A stretch of 64,000 bases of DNA, taken from Heterodontus francisci (Eukaryota). A program made the translations under genes and the position numbers. The number at the start of each line of letters is the position of its first letter. The stretch's first letter is position 1. The notes under the pieces are model-generated. The model searched no databases and had not been told where the DNA came from. It was given only the letters and a program-made list of their open reading frames with translations. Below are positions 51,186-62,646 of this stretch, in pieces. The stretch covers positions 10,416,001 through 10,480,000 of the forward strand of contig NC_090404.1 in NCBI RefSeq assembly GCF_036365525.1, in the 5' to 3' direction.

Positions 51186-51246
51186 CAAAGTGGAACTCTC
51201 AGTGTGGGTTTTTGTACGGAATCCGCTATATCTCTGCACCAGTGTG

Positions 51247-51740
51247 GGATCCATTGCACAGAAATACACGGCGATGTCAGATATCAGGGCTCTGCTGATC
51301 GTTAACTCGGTAACTTTGGTAGCTTTATCAAATTTAGAAGAGAATCGGTCTGTGTAGTCCGGGTTCCGTTTTACCATACCTCCATAGAGATAAAACACGT
51401 ACTGTGGAGGCTGTCTGGGGAGCTGACTGTACCAGAATACTTCAGGGTTAGCGTAGCTTGTTTTCAACGTGCAGTTTAGTGTGACATTGCTTTCCTCTTC
51501 AACCGTCATTTCTGGAACCGGCTGTTCCACTGTGTCTTGGTGGCTCCATTCTAATATAAAATAATATGTCACAATCATCATCATTACATCGAACAACATA
51601 AAGGTCATCACCGCCATCACTATGATTCTCCGATTCACCTGGATTACAGCAGTTAGCGGGGAGAATGGGTTTTTACTGGGTAGGAAATACTTACTGAGAA
51701 GTGATAGAATGATGAGAAGCTGTGCGAGACAGTTCCACAT
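51247..51740 (-). CDS. TCR alpha/delta-like V gene: leader 51740-51695, V exon 51550-51247
   Basis: MWNCLAQLLIILSLL / QDTVEQP..VTLNCTL..VFWYSQ..DIAVYFCAMDP; GT-AG intron in phase; RSS CACACTG 51246-51240 + 24 nt + ACAAAAACC 51215-51207. Confidence 0.88.
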
Positions 51741-52800
51741 GATACTTCTTGAGTTTGCAACTCTGCTGTCCGAGAATCCTCTGTCGGTGCAGAAATACAG
51801 ATCCCCGTTCCACTTGCTGCTGAGCCAACCAATGCCAAAGATAGACCAGCGGCAGCAATCTCTCCAATAACACAGCGAAGGAAATGCGAGTCAGAGGGAG
51901 GGCAGCAAACGGAAGCTGTGGGTGGGACGATCAAAGAGTCAAAATTGAGTGAATTGTGCGGCGACACAGCTGCACTCGGAACTGATGGAGCGTAAATAGA
52001 GACGGTTTGAGTCTCCACAAGTTTATGGCCATCCTACGCCTGTTCACTGTTCAAGTGACTGACAACACATAGAGGGGGAGGGGCATGAAGGGACTAGAAT
52101 AACAGAACCTTAGAGCATGGAAAGAGGCCAGCGGCCTATTGTACATGTGTCACTTTGAAAGAGCTCTCCAATTCATCTTTAACCGTCCTCCACACCCCCG
52201 GATTTTCCACAAAGCCCTGCATTTCTGTCCTTTTCAAGTTTTACACAGTTCCCTTTTGAAAGTTCCTTTTGAATTTTCTTCCGCCATCCTTTTAGGCAGT
52301 GCATACCGGATTTTTAACAATTCATAGTGTAAAACATAAATCTCACCTTTCCTTGTCTTTTTTCATCAATTCTCTGCTGGTGGCAAAGTTACGCATGATC
52401 GACTGTATCCAAACCGCGTATTATTTTGAGCACCTCAATTAAATCTGTCCTTCTCTCCTTTAACTTTTCTGGTATAAGGAGAACCATCCCAGTTTCTCTA
52501 ATCTGTTCACATAAAGGTACCTTACCCTTGGTACTATTCCACACTTTCTCCACTGCCTTGACATTCTTTCTCAATGGTGGTGCCCAGAATTACACATAGA
52601 ACTCCAACTGATGTCTAAACAGTGATTTAGAAAGGTTTAAAATAAATCTCTACCATAATCATCAACAACAATAAAGATTGAGCCTAATCAGCTCCAAGTT
52701 AGATTTCTGGAGACAATGTCTGACATTCGTGTTTTGATGTGTAACTCATTAAACCCTCATTCCATTCGAAGGCTCAATTCTAAATTGGATTGAACAGAAT

Positions 52801-52819
52801 CCACCAGCAGAGAGCGCCA
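52801..52819 (+). promoter_or_regulatory. CTCF-like motif CCACCAGCAGAGAGCGCCA upstream of V promoter
   Basis: Consensus match about 200 bp upstream of the ATG at 53018; CCAAT at 52863. Confidence 0.45.
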
Positions 52820-53017
52820 AACTCAAACATAGTAACTGCAAAATCACGAGCCAACGCCTAAGCCAATAGGGAACATAGCTTCAGTGAGGTCACAATGCGG
52901 CCGGCCCCTGTAGTGTGCGGGTGGAACAATGAGCTGATCAGGCCCCGGGTTACCTCTCTCCCCTTCTCAATCTCTGGCTCAGTCCACTCCAATTCACTGC
53001 GAGGGATTCAGTCAGAC

Positions 53018-53517
53018 ATGCTTCTGATAATACTGGCGTCTCTGTTGGAATGTAAGTACTGGATTAGATTAATCAAGGCAGGTCAGCAGATTCATGCAAA
53101 GAGTTTGTACCCGATCAGAAATATCCATATTATGGACAGCTGTGGAGTTGGGAGTTCACACACAGATAGACACAAGTTTAGGTCGATCCTGTTTAACCTG
53201 TTCTTTATTCCTCTACCCTCACAGGCGGACTATGTGCAGATCCGGTAATTCAGTCTCCGGTGGCAATAACGGTGTCAGAAGGAGGCTCAGTGCAGTTAGA
53301 TTGCGAATATACAGTCCTGGATATTTACAGCATTCAATGGTATTGTCAGAAACCGGCACAGCCTCCAAGCTGGATTATTAGCAAAATGGCAGCATTTAAG
53401 GAAATCGAAACCTCAGGACGATATCAGGCGGCTGCTGACAAGTCTAAAAAGTATGGTTACCTCAATATAAGCGGCCTGAGTGTGGAGGATGGAGCAGTCT
53501 ATTACTGTGCAGTGAGG
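53018..53517 (+). CDS. TCR alpha/delta-like V gene: leader 53018-53051, V exon 53225-53517
   Basis: MLLIILASLLE / CGLCADPVIQSP..VQLDCEY..IQWYCQKP..DGAVYYCAVR; RSS CACAGCG 53518-53524 + 23 nt + ACAAAAACC 53548-53556. Confidence 0.9.
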
Positions 53518-53649
53518 CACAGCGTCAGATAAAAACCAAGACGCTGTACAAAAACCTCAGTGAGTATTTACTTTTATCTGCGGCGTTAGTTTTATCCCAG
53601 GCCCACGGAGAACAAAGACTGTCAGGTCTCTAAATCAAACAGTTGTATG

Positions 53650-53873
53650 TTTGTCTTTGTCCTTGTCCAACTTAACAGAGAATCGGTCCGGGAAATTTTG
53701 AGACTTGTTTCTATGCCAAGAGTTATATCACTTCAATAAATAGCTCGGAGCTTACCCGGAATAATGGTGCAGTAACAGAGGTAGAGAAAGCTCTCGCATG
53801 TGGACTACCTATAGCTGAACATTACTGGCTATTCTTAAGGAACCGCTACCTCCTGAGTCTACGCCACTCGTTC
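53650..53873 (-). pseudogene. Degenerate V exon fragment (family of 54598-55034)
   Basis: Acceptor tacag/GAACGAGTGGC; remnants APSYLLK* and NKSQNFPDRFSVKLDKD; stops and indels. Confidence 0.7.
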
Positions 53874-54517
53874 CTGTACCAAACACAGGGTGCTCTCACC
53901 ACACATCCTTGTGTCCCCAGTGGTTATGGGAGACCGGTAGATGTTGAGCTGGCTGCCAGTGAATGTAAAGACACCGAACTGGGCTACATTCCCCGTCCTT
54001 ATAGGGGAAATGGTTACAGATTTGGAGAGCCGGTGGGATTGAAACCCTGGTCTGGTTATTGTAAGGCGAAATGGTAGCAGAAAACATCAAAGCATTAAAA
54101 AGGACAATGAACATTGATTGAATTCGGTGGTCGGTCCTTGTTCTAAAGGGTGCAATCACTACATTGTGAAATTTCTCTATTTTGTACAAACTGTCTGTGA
54201 TCCTGCAAAATACTCTGATCAAGCAGTCTCTGTGGACCGGCTGTGATCAAAGAGACCGAGAAACTGACGGCGGAGATGGGGAACGGGCTGCAGAATAATT
54301 CAGGCAGGCACGTAAAGAACAACAAAATACAGAATGTAAGTTGACACACCACACATATATTTGTGAAGTTCATTTTTAGTATAGATGAAATCAACATTTA
54401 TAACTTCACAAATGGTCCTCACCTGTTCTTGAGTGTTTTGTGCTTTGTTATCTTTTAAGCAGTTCCCTATGACTCTCACCGAGGAAGTTGAATTACTGCT
54501 TCTGTTTATCAGTATGA

Positions 54518-54536
54518 GAGCGCCCTCTGCTGAGCA
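54518..54536 (-). promoter_or_regulatory. CTCF-like motif TGCTCAGCAGAGGGCGCTC downstream of RSS
   Basis: Strong consensus match; 21 bp beyond the nonamer at 54558. Confidence 0.6.
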
Positions 54537-54597
54537 CTAACTGGAACTCTCAGTGTGGGTTTTTGAATGGGACTTACTATATCTCTGCAGCAGTGTG

Positions 54598-55034
54598 GGC
54601 TCCATGGCACAGAAATACACGGCGGTGTCGGAGAGGAGAACCCCGGTGATATTTAAAGGAACCACTTTGTTTTCTTTGTTTAAAACAGCAGAGAACCTTT
54701 TTGGGAAATCTGGAGACTTATCTTCAAATCCTGAGCTATATACCTTCAGTAAATATCTCGGAGCTTCTTTGGGATACTGGATGTACCAGAACAGAGTTGG
54801 GGTAGTGTAGGTTGTCGAGTAACTGCAGTTCAGTATTATGCTCTGTCCTTCCCGAACCGTTAATTCGGATGGATTCTGGGAAACTGAATCTCCGCCATTC
54901 GTTCCTGTAATTCCTGTAGAATTTTTCAAAAGTCAGTGACTGAATATCATCCTCGAAACATACAATGACCATTTAAACAGAAACTCGCCGGGCAGGAAGA
55001 CCATTATCACTAGTAAGGAACACGGGAAGTACAT
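54598..55034 (-). CDS. TCR alpha/delta-like V gene: leader 55034-54989, V exon 54904-54598
   Basis: MYFPCSLLVIMVFLP / GTNGGDSVSQNP..ILNCSYS..LFWYIQYP..DTAVYFCAMEP; donor is GC (GCGAGT); RSS CACACTG 54597-54591 + 24 nt + TCAAAAACC. Confidence 0.85.
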
Positions 55035-55539
55035 GGTGTCTGTTTTAGAGTTCCACAGAAAATAACAGAACGTTCTAAATATGTTGCCCTTTCAAGTCTG
55101 ATACTAAAGAATAAACTCAGATCAGGGACAGGCTTCACTCAACGTGAAACTGAGGGGCGTGTCCCAGGGACAGAATTGGTTGGGCTGTCAGAACTAACGA
55201 GAGTTGGGCACCAATCAATGACAGCTGCAGAAAATTACTCTCTGTCTGATTGTCTCCCTTTCTGTCTCTGACTTTCTCTGTGTCTCTGTCTCTCTGTCGT
55301 GGTGTCTGTTTGTTTGTCTCTGTCGTTCACTCTGCCACTCTTTTCGGTGTTCCGTGAAGGTGTGGAGTTTAGAAAATCTAACGTCTCAGAAATTCATTTC
55401 AACGATTTCCCCACACAAAGTAATGTCAAGAAAAGTGTTCCATTAGTTATCCATTAACGGTAACAGTTGAGGTCGATAAAAGGTACGAGTCGCAGCTCAG
55501 AGACACAATTTAAATTACCCACAACGGTGTAGGCCAGCA

Positions 55540-56310
55540 GAATGGCCAGACAAACGACAGATGGAATTTAATACTGACACATGTGAGCTGATGCATTTAG
55601 GAAGAACGGATAGGGTGAGGCAATATAGTCTTAATAGCGCATTTCTAGAGAGTGTATAGTAACAGAGGGACTTGAGGGTTCATCGGTCTTTGAAGATAGC
55701 AGGACATACTAAGAGAATGGGTAGTAAAGCATATGGATCTTGGGCTTCATAAACAGAGGCATTGAGTTCAAAAACAGGGAATTTATAAAGCTCTGGTTCG
55801 GCTCCAACTAAAGCCAGATCTGGTCACCACACATTGGGAAGGATTTTAGGGTCCTTGGGAGGGTGCAAAAGAGATTTACCAGAATCGTTCTATGAATGGG
55901 GAATTTTAGTTACAAGGTGAGGAAAAGTTGGCGTTTTTCTCCCTGGAGCAACTGAAGGTGAGGGGAATTTTGATAGAGGTTATGACAAGGTTATGACAAG
56001 GAAACACTGTTCTCACTAACCTACGGTACAAGGACTAGAGGACAAGTATTGAAGGTTTGTGGCAAGAGACGCAGAGGGAATATGAGGAAGAACTTTTTTA
56101 CGTGGCGAATGGTAATGACCTGGAACTCGCTGCCAATAAGGGTGGTGGAAGCGGAGACAATTAACGATTTCAAAAGGAAATTCGTTGAACACTTGATGGA
56201 AATAAACTTTCAGGGCTATGTGGATCGAGCGGGGTAGTGGGACTGACTGGATTGCTCCGCGGAGAACTAGCATGGATTGGAAGGACCGAATGGTGTTCCT
56301 CTAAGCAAAT
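55540..56310 (+). mobile_element. Degraded CR1 3' fragment
   Basis: QMEFNTDTCELMH and RKNFFTWRMVMTWNSLP remnants. Confidence 0.75.
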
Positions 56311-56507
56311 GCACGTGTAATGTGTTAGTAACGTGGGCACACCAGAAAAATGAGACAATAAATCTCAGAATTAATATAATATAGCAACGGTAGTAAGAGC
56401 AAAACAATAAAATGACAGCAGTTACAATAATAATAAAAAATAAAACAATGACAACCATAGTACTGTAGTAAAATAATAGTTCAACATGATCATGCAGCAG
56501 TTTCACT

Positions 56508-57330
56508 AATAAATCGAGAATCCAAATGTTTCACAGTCAGGATTCCATTTACGGTCTGACGCCACTGGATGGCGCTCCAGCACCTTATCATTGGCCAAAA
56601 CTTGCAGAGCGGCCAGTTTCGTGAGTTTCACAGGTGACAGTTGGAGATTAGAGGAAATATTTCTGTGTGGAAACACCGCACAGGGAAGTGTATTTACTGC
56701 AAGATTACATTACAGGTGTTACGGCACGGTTGACTGAGACAGTGAATTGTTGCAATCGTTGTTTTTCATTAATTCAATATCATTGCATCGTCCAAAGATG
56801 AAGGATAACAATTCTTCCGTTCAAAATGGTACTTCAATTTGTCATAAATAGACAGACGTGTAGCCAACTGCATTGATTGCTTTGAAACAGGATGTTGTTT
56901 TATCATTGACCATAAATTCAAATTATCTGGAAATTACCCGGACTTCCAAATGCCTTTACTCCTCCGCAAGAATCAGATTGGCAAAACATTCTTCCGTGGA
57001 ATTAAACCTTCTCAGCTCACTCTATGTAAATAATGTTTACTACATTGGAACATCGACTACACCTGAAAGGTGCTTAATGGGCTGTAAGGCGCTTTTGGAC
57101 ATAGTGAGGCCATGAAAGGCGCTACATTTAAAATTATCAGAAATATTTTTTTCCATGTGATATACCACTCCAGGGGTTAAACTTATTGTCTGCATGTCTC
57201 CATGGGGACCAGTAGAATTTCGTCCTTCCGTTTGTTTGCTTCAATCCATCCCTGGTTGATGAGCGGGCACTACCTTCTCTGATGTTGCGGATTCGGTCAC
57301 CAATCTTCTGAGACTTTCACCACACAACAG
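56508..57330 (+). repeat. About 820-bp non-coding block, diverged direct copy of 38058-38868
   Basis: See 38058-38868. Confidence 0.8.
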
Positions 57331-57395
57331 GACACTCTCAGTTTGTTTTAAATTCTTTCATGTGATGTGGGATTTTCAGGTCAGCGCAGAATTTG

Positions 57396-57744
57396 ATTTG
57401 ATTTAGAGATACAGCACTGAAACAGGCCCTTCGGCCCACCGAGTCTGTGCCGACCATTAACCACCCATTTATACTAATCCTACACTAATCCCATATTCCT
57501 ACCACATCCTCACCTGTCCCTATATTTCTCTACCACCTACCTATACTAGGGGCAATTTCTCATGGCCAATTTACCTATCAACCTGCAAGCCTTTTGGCTG
57601 TGGGAGGAAACCGGAGCACCTGGAGGAAACCCACGCAGACACAGGGAGAACTTGCAAACTGCACACAGGCAGTACCCAGAATTGAACCCAGGTCGCTGGA
57701 GCTGTGAGGCTGCGGTGCTAACCACTGCACCACAGTGCAGCCCT
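57396..57744 (-). mobile_element. HE1-like V-SINE
   Basis: tRNA-like head with A/B boxes, V-SINE core (gtttgcaagttctccctgtgtctgcgtgggtttcctcc..ctccggtttcctccca), CR1-like 3' end. Confidence 0.8.
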
Positions 57745-57769
57745 ACAGGACACTCTCAGTTTTTTTTTA

Positions 57770-59640
57770 ATTCTTTCATGTGATGTGGGATTTTCAGGCC
57801 AGCGCAGAATTTGCTGCCCATCCTTGATTATCCTTGAGAAGGTGGTGATCTTCCTTCCTGAGCAGGCCATCTGGTGCTGGTATACCCAGAGTGCTCTGCG
57901 GAAGAGAGTTCCAGAATTTTGACCAAGCAACAGTGGTGCTGCCGAAGGGGACTTAGCAAGTTGCTGCAGTGCATGGTGTTGATGGTACACACTTGCTGCC
58001 ACTCTGCCTTGGTGCTAGGGGGACTAAATGCTCAAGGTGTTGGATGATTGCTGATCAAGAGGACTGCTTTGTCCTGGATGGTGTCGAGCTTCTTGAGTGG
58101 TGTTGGAGCAGCATTCATTTCGGCAAGTGCAGAGTATTTCATCACACTCCTGACTTGAGCCTTGTAGATGGTGGACAGGCTTTGAGAAGTCAGGACATGA
58201 GTTAACCGTTGCAGAATTCCTAGCCTCTAACCTGCTCTTGTCGCTACTATATTTATGTGGCTGGTCCAGTTTGGTTTCTGGTCGATGTTAACTTCAAGGA
58301 TGTTGATGGTGAGGATTTCAGCGATGGTAATGCCAATGAACGTCAAAAGGAAATGGTTAGATACTCTCTTGTTGGCCATTGCCTGACACTTGTGTGGTGC
58401 GAATGTCACTTGCCGCTTATCAGCCCAAGCCTAAATGTTGTCCATGTCTTGCTGCATGTCGGCACAGACTACTTTAGTATCTGAAGAGCTGCGAATGGTA
58501 CTGAACGTTGTGCAATCATCTTTGAATATCCCGACTTCTGACCTGTTGATGGAGGATAGGTGATTGATGAAGCAGCTGAAGGTGGCTGGACCGACTACAT
58601 ACCCTGATGAACTCCTGCAGCAATGTCCTGGGACTGAGGCAATTGGCCTCTAACAAACACAACCATCATCCTTTGTGCTAGTTATGACTGCAAGCATTTG
58701 TGAGTTTCCCCCCTAATTCCCATTCACTTGAATTTTATTCCAACTTTTTTATGCTATATTCGGTCAAATGCTGCCTTGATGTCAAGCGCAGTCATTCCCA
58801 CCTCACTGTGGAAATCAGTTCGTTTATCCATGTTTGGATCCAGGCTCTCATGAAGCCTGGAGCCGAGATGCCCCTGCAGAACTCAAACTGAGCATTAGTG
58901 AGCAGGTTATTGCTGAGTCAGTGCCGCTTGATAACATTGTCAATGACATCTTCCACTGCTTTGTTGATGATTGAGAGTACACGGATGAGGCGGGAATTAA
59001 CCAGTTTGGATTTGTCCTGCCTTTTGAGTACAGGACATATCTGGCCAGTTTTCCTCATTGACGTGACATGCTAGTGTTGTAGTTATGCTGGAACAGCTTG
59101 GCTAGAGGTGCGACAGTTCTGGAGCACAGGTCTTCAGTACTACACCCGGTATGCTGTCAGGGCCCATAACCATTTCTGCATCCAGTGCCTTCACCCATTT
59201 CTTGATATCACTGGAGTGAATCAAATGAGCTGAAGAATGGCTTCTGAGATGCTGAGGACCTCAAGAGGAGGTTGAGATAAATCATCCACTAGGCATTTTT
59301 GGCTGAACTTGGCTGTAAATATTTCAGCCTTGTCTTTTGCATTGATGTGCTGGGCTTCTTCATCCACGAGGATGAGGATGTTTTTGGAGCCTCCTCCTCA
59401 GTATATAATTGTTCAGCACCATTCACTCCTGGATGTGGCAGGAGCTTTGAGCTTTGATCTGACCTGTTGTTTGTGGGATCCCTTCGATCACAGCCTCCGA
59501 CAGCCTTCCTCACATCACAGCACTGTGATTGGTTGTTTCCCCCATTGATTCAGGGTCAAGGGATAGCTCTGTCTGTGGGATGCTACTTCCGCTGTTTCTA
59601 GTCCTCTGTTATAGGTTCACCAGGTTAGCAACTCACTTTT
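57770..59640 (-). mobile_element. Decayed non-LTR element, same family as 16768-18008
   Basis: TFAPHKCQAM and NWTSHINIVATRAG shared with ORF 16832-17677. Confidence 0.8.
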
Positions 59641-60147
59641 AAGTCTGTTGGGCCAATAATCCGGGCACCTACCAGCTAGAAGAGGGTTGCGTTTGGATTG
59701 ACTCAGTTAATGACTGGGCGTGAAGGGATACGGCTCCCACAATTAACAGTGGCACGGGCCGCAAATGAGCACACCCACAACCCGGTTTAAGCACAGCTCT
59801 TTATATACTCACGCGGACCGAACTTTCATTTTTATAAATTAAGAATGAGCTGTTATTTTGATGGAAACTGAGTCAGTTTTCATTTGAATCGTGTTGTAAT
59901 TTAAATAACTGGCAAACATGAGCAGTATGTGACGTCACACAGACATGGCAGACGCCGCAATATCTTCCTCACATCACAGCACTTTGATTGGTTGTTTCCC
60001 CCCATTGATACAGGGCCAGGGGGTCACGGGCCGTCTCCAGCCTCCGCTCAACCCCTGTGATCCCTTGACCCTGAATCAATGGGGGAAACAACCAATCACA
60101 GTGCTGTGATGTGAGGAAGGCTGTCGGAGGCTGTGATCGAAGGGATC
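59477..60147. repeat. Perfect 88-bp inverted repeat (59477-59564 / 60060-60147) plus a third diverged copy (59964-60026)
   Basis: Base-by-base reverse-complement match. Confidence 0.9.
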
Positions 60148-61939
60148 AGTCTTGGCATCTTAAAGGGCCGTGCGCCCAGTATGTCTGTTCGAGCCTAGGG
60201 AAAGGACAGAGAGACCAAGAGTCACAGTGATGGCGGCGAAAGATAAATGTAGCTTCGAGGGCCGGGTAACCCTGAATGATAGTGGTGGGGGGTGGGGCGA
60301 GAGATTGGGACAGAGAAAGAGTTCAAACATCAATTCTCCCACCCCCCTCCTCCATTCCCAAATATCATTCTGAGCTCTTCAGAAGGGGCGTTAATTCTTC
60401 CCTCCCTTAACCTGACGTCTTATTCAACCACAGGAGATGTCCAGATAAATATAGAAAAAGCGGTTCCACATTGGAAGGAAAATGTCAGAAGATACTCGGG
60501 TCTGAAAAGAAACCTCTGGCGATATTCCCGTGGTCGGGAAGCGCTGAGGAATATAATGAGACGGTGAAGGAGATGGAGAGAAACTTCAGGGAGTGGAAGT
60601 GTGACGGTCACTGGCAGATCCCTGGGGTGATGTTCAGTGAGTTCAGGGAGATGGCATCAGAGGGAATGGTGCAGGGAGAGAGGATTCCCAGGGGTGATGT
60701 TCAGTGAGTTCATGGAAGTTGTATCAGAGAGAATGGAGCAGAACAGAGGTCATCAGGGAAACAGGTGACAGAGGGGCAGGGGTAACGGGTATCGCAGAAA
60801 AGGTGGAAGCAGAGAGTTGGCGTGTGCATAACTGAAAAGTGGAATGTGTGTGTGTGTGCCTGGCAGGAGAGTTGAAAAGTATGAGTTGTGTGTATAACAG
60901 AAAACGCAATTATAGTGTTTCTTCATCAGATAGGCCTCAGTCTCCTGGAATTATTCCCGCAGTTTGTGCTCTCTCTTGCATTAGATCGGCCCCAGGCTCT
61001 GTCAATCAGTCCAGGAACTGTGCCTTCTTGTTTTTCACATAGGCTTTAGGCTCCAGAAATCATTCTCGGAGGTTGCCCTCTCAGGTGCATGAGATAGGGC
61101 TCAGGCTGTAGGAACCTTTCCCAGAGTATGTGCGCGCTGGCGTGTCGGATGGACCCCAGGCTCTTGAAATAATTCCCAGAATTTGTGCTCGATTGTATAT
61201 TGTGTAAGATATGCACCAGTCTCTCGGAATCATTCCCAGGGTTTGGGTTCCCTCATGTGTTTGTGTTATAGATCTAACCTATGTTGTACCTCTCATGGGA
61301 GTTTGTAATGGGACAGTGTACAGGGAGTTTTACTCTGTATTTAAGGTGTGCTGTAACTGTCCTGCGACTGTTTGATGGGACAGTGTAAAGGGACCTTTAC
61401 CCTATACCTTACCCTGTCTGTAACGGTCCTGGGAGTGTTTGATGGCACAGTGTAGAGGAAGCTTTCCTCTGTACCTGACCCCTGTTCTACCTGTCCTGGT
61501 AGTGTTTGTTGGGACAGTGTGGAGGGAGATTTACTCTGCACCTAGCCAGTGCTGTGCCTGCCCTGGAAAAGTTTGATGGTTCAGTATTCTTTCGTATACT
61601 ATACTGTACCAGCCTGTGTGGGAACAGAGCGCTGCTTTTTAATAAAACCTGACATGTGACTGTGACAGACCTTAAGTCAGCGAGGCTTTCTGCTCGCTGT
61701 GCAGCCATTCTGCCTCTGGCGATTAGTAGAATCAAGCAGCGGATGAGGTGTATTTTCTCTGATGGGACTCTGGACGGCGCAGCAGCTCTTTCACTGGGTC
61801 AAACACAAACCAGGCAGCACTGGTGAAAAATAGTTGTTAGGAAAGTGGGAAAACGTGCAATAAGTAGAATGGAGCGGTGCGTGTGAGTCCTGGTGCAAGG
61901 AATTGAGCAAAGTTCAAATTAGTTCATTTGTTATTCAGA

Positions 61940-61945
61940 TTTATT
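61940..61945 (-). terminator. Polyadenylation signal AATAAA of the membrane-form IgH transcript
   Basis: About 420 nt downstream of the TM2 stop codon. Confidence 0.6.
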
Positions 61946-62364
61946 AACAATTTCAAAACGAACATTTTACAGAGAAGACTTTTTTGTTTAAAAAAAGGTC
62001 CAAAATGAATGTAACAACTGAGCTTCACATTGAGAACAGAACACATGGGGTCTGAGGTGCTAGCTGTCAGTAAAACTGTAACAAACCAGAGAGGGAGAAC
62101 AGGAGCTAAACATAAAGGGAAGAAAACAATTGTGAATAAAGAATAGTTAGTTATTTACACATGAAGTTCAAACAACGATGAAACTCGAAGATACATTTAC
62201 ATTATAGCCACGATTATCTCACACATTTCAAACAGAAAAACGGAAATAATGCTTATGATTTTCTCAGCTGCAGATTCAGAACCATAAACTGAAGGCATTT
62301 TACTTTTACAGTTCACAGAAATGTTAAAAATGAGGAAAATCCAGGGTGGCCGAAATTCAATCCG

Positions 62365-62646
62365 TCACTTGACCTGTAAAAGAGGGATAAAAGAATGAAG
62401 TAGAGATTTCAAGGTTCAGGAAATTCATCTCAGAGGTTTTTTCTAATCTATGAAACTTTTCGAGATTTTTTAAACAGCTTCAGACAAATTGAAGTGTGAG
62501 TGGATTGAATATTCTCACCTTCACCAGAGTGACGGCAGCACTGTAGAAAATACTCAGGAAGAACAGGATGATGAATGTGGAAGCGGTTGTCCAGATGTTG
62601 CCGCTCTCCTCCTCATTGTCTTCAATCCAGATGTGGTCTGAGGAAT
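62365..62646 (-). CDS. Immunoglobulin heavy-chain transmembrane exons TM1 (62646-62519) and TM2 (62373-62365), IgM-like
   Basis: (D)SSDHIWIEDNEEESGNIWTTASTFIILFFLSIFYSAAVTLVK / VK*; CART motif and KVK tail; canonical AG/GT sites; isotype not resolvable here. Confidence 0.9.

Noticed and set aside
51018-51740. 240-aa single-exon ORF
   Set aside because: Read-through of leader, intron, V exon and RSS; the canonical two-exon V structure explains it.
60097-60103. CACAGTG heptamer inside the 88-bp inverted repeat as an RSS or RAG-transposon end
   Set aside because: No nonamer at 12 or 23 nt in either direction, and the heptamer is internal rather than terminal.
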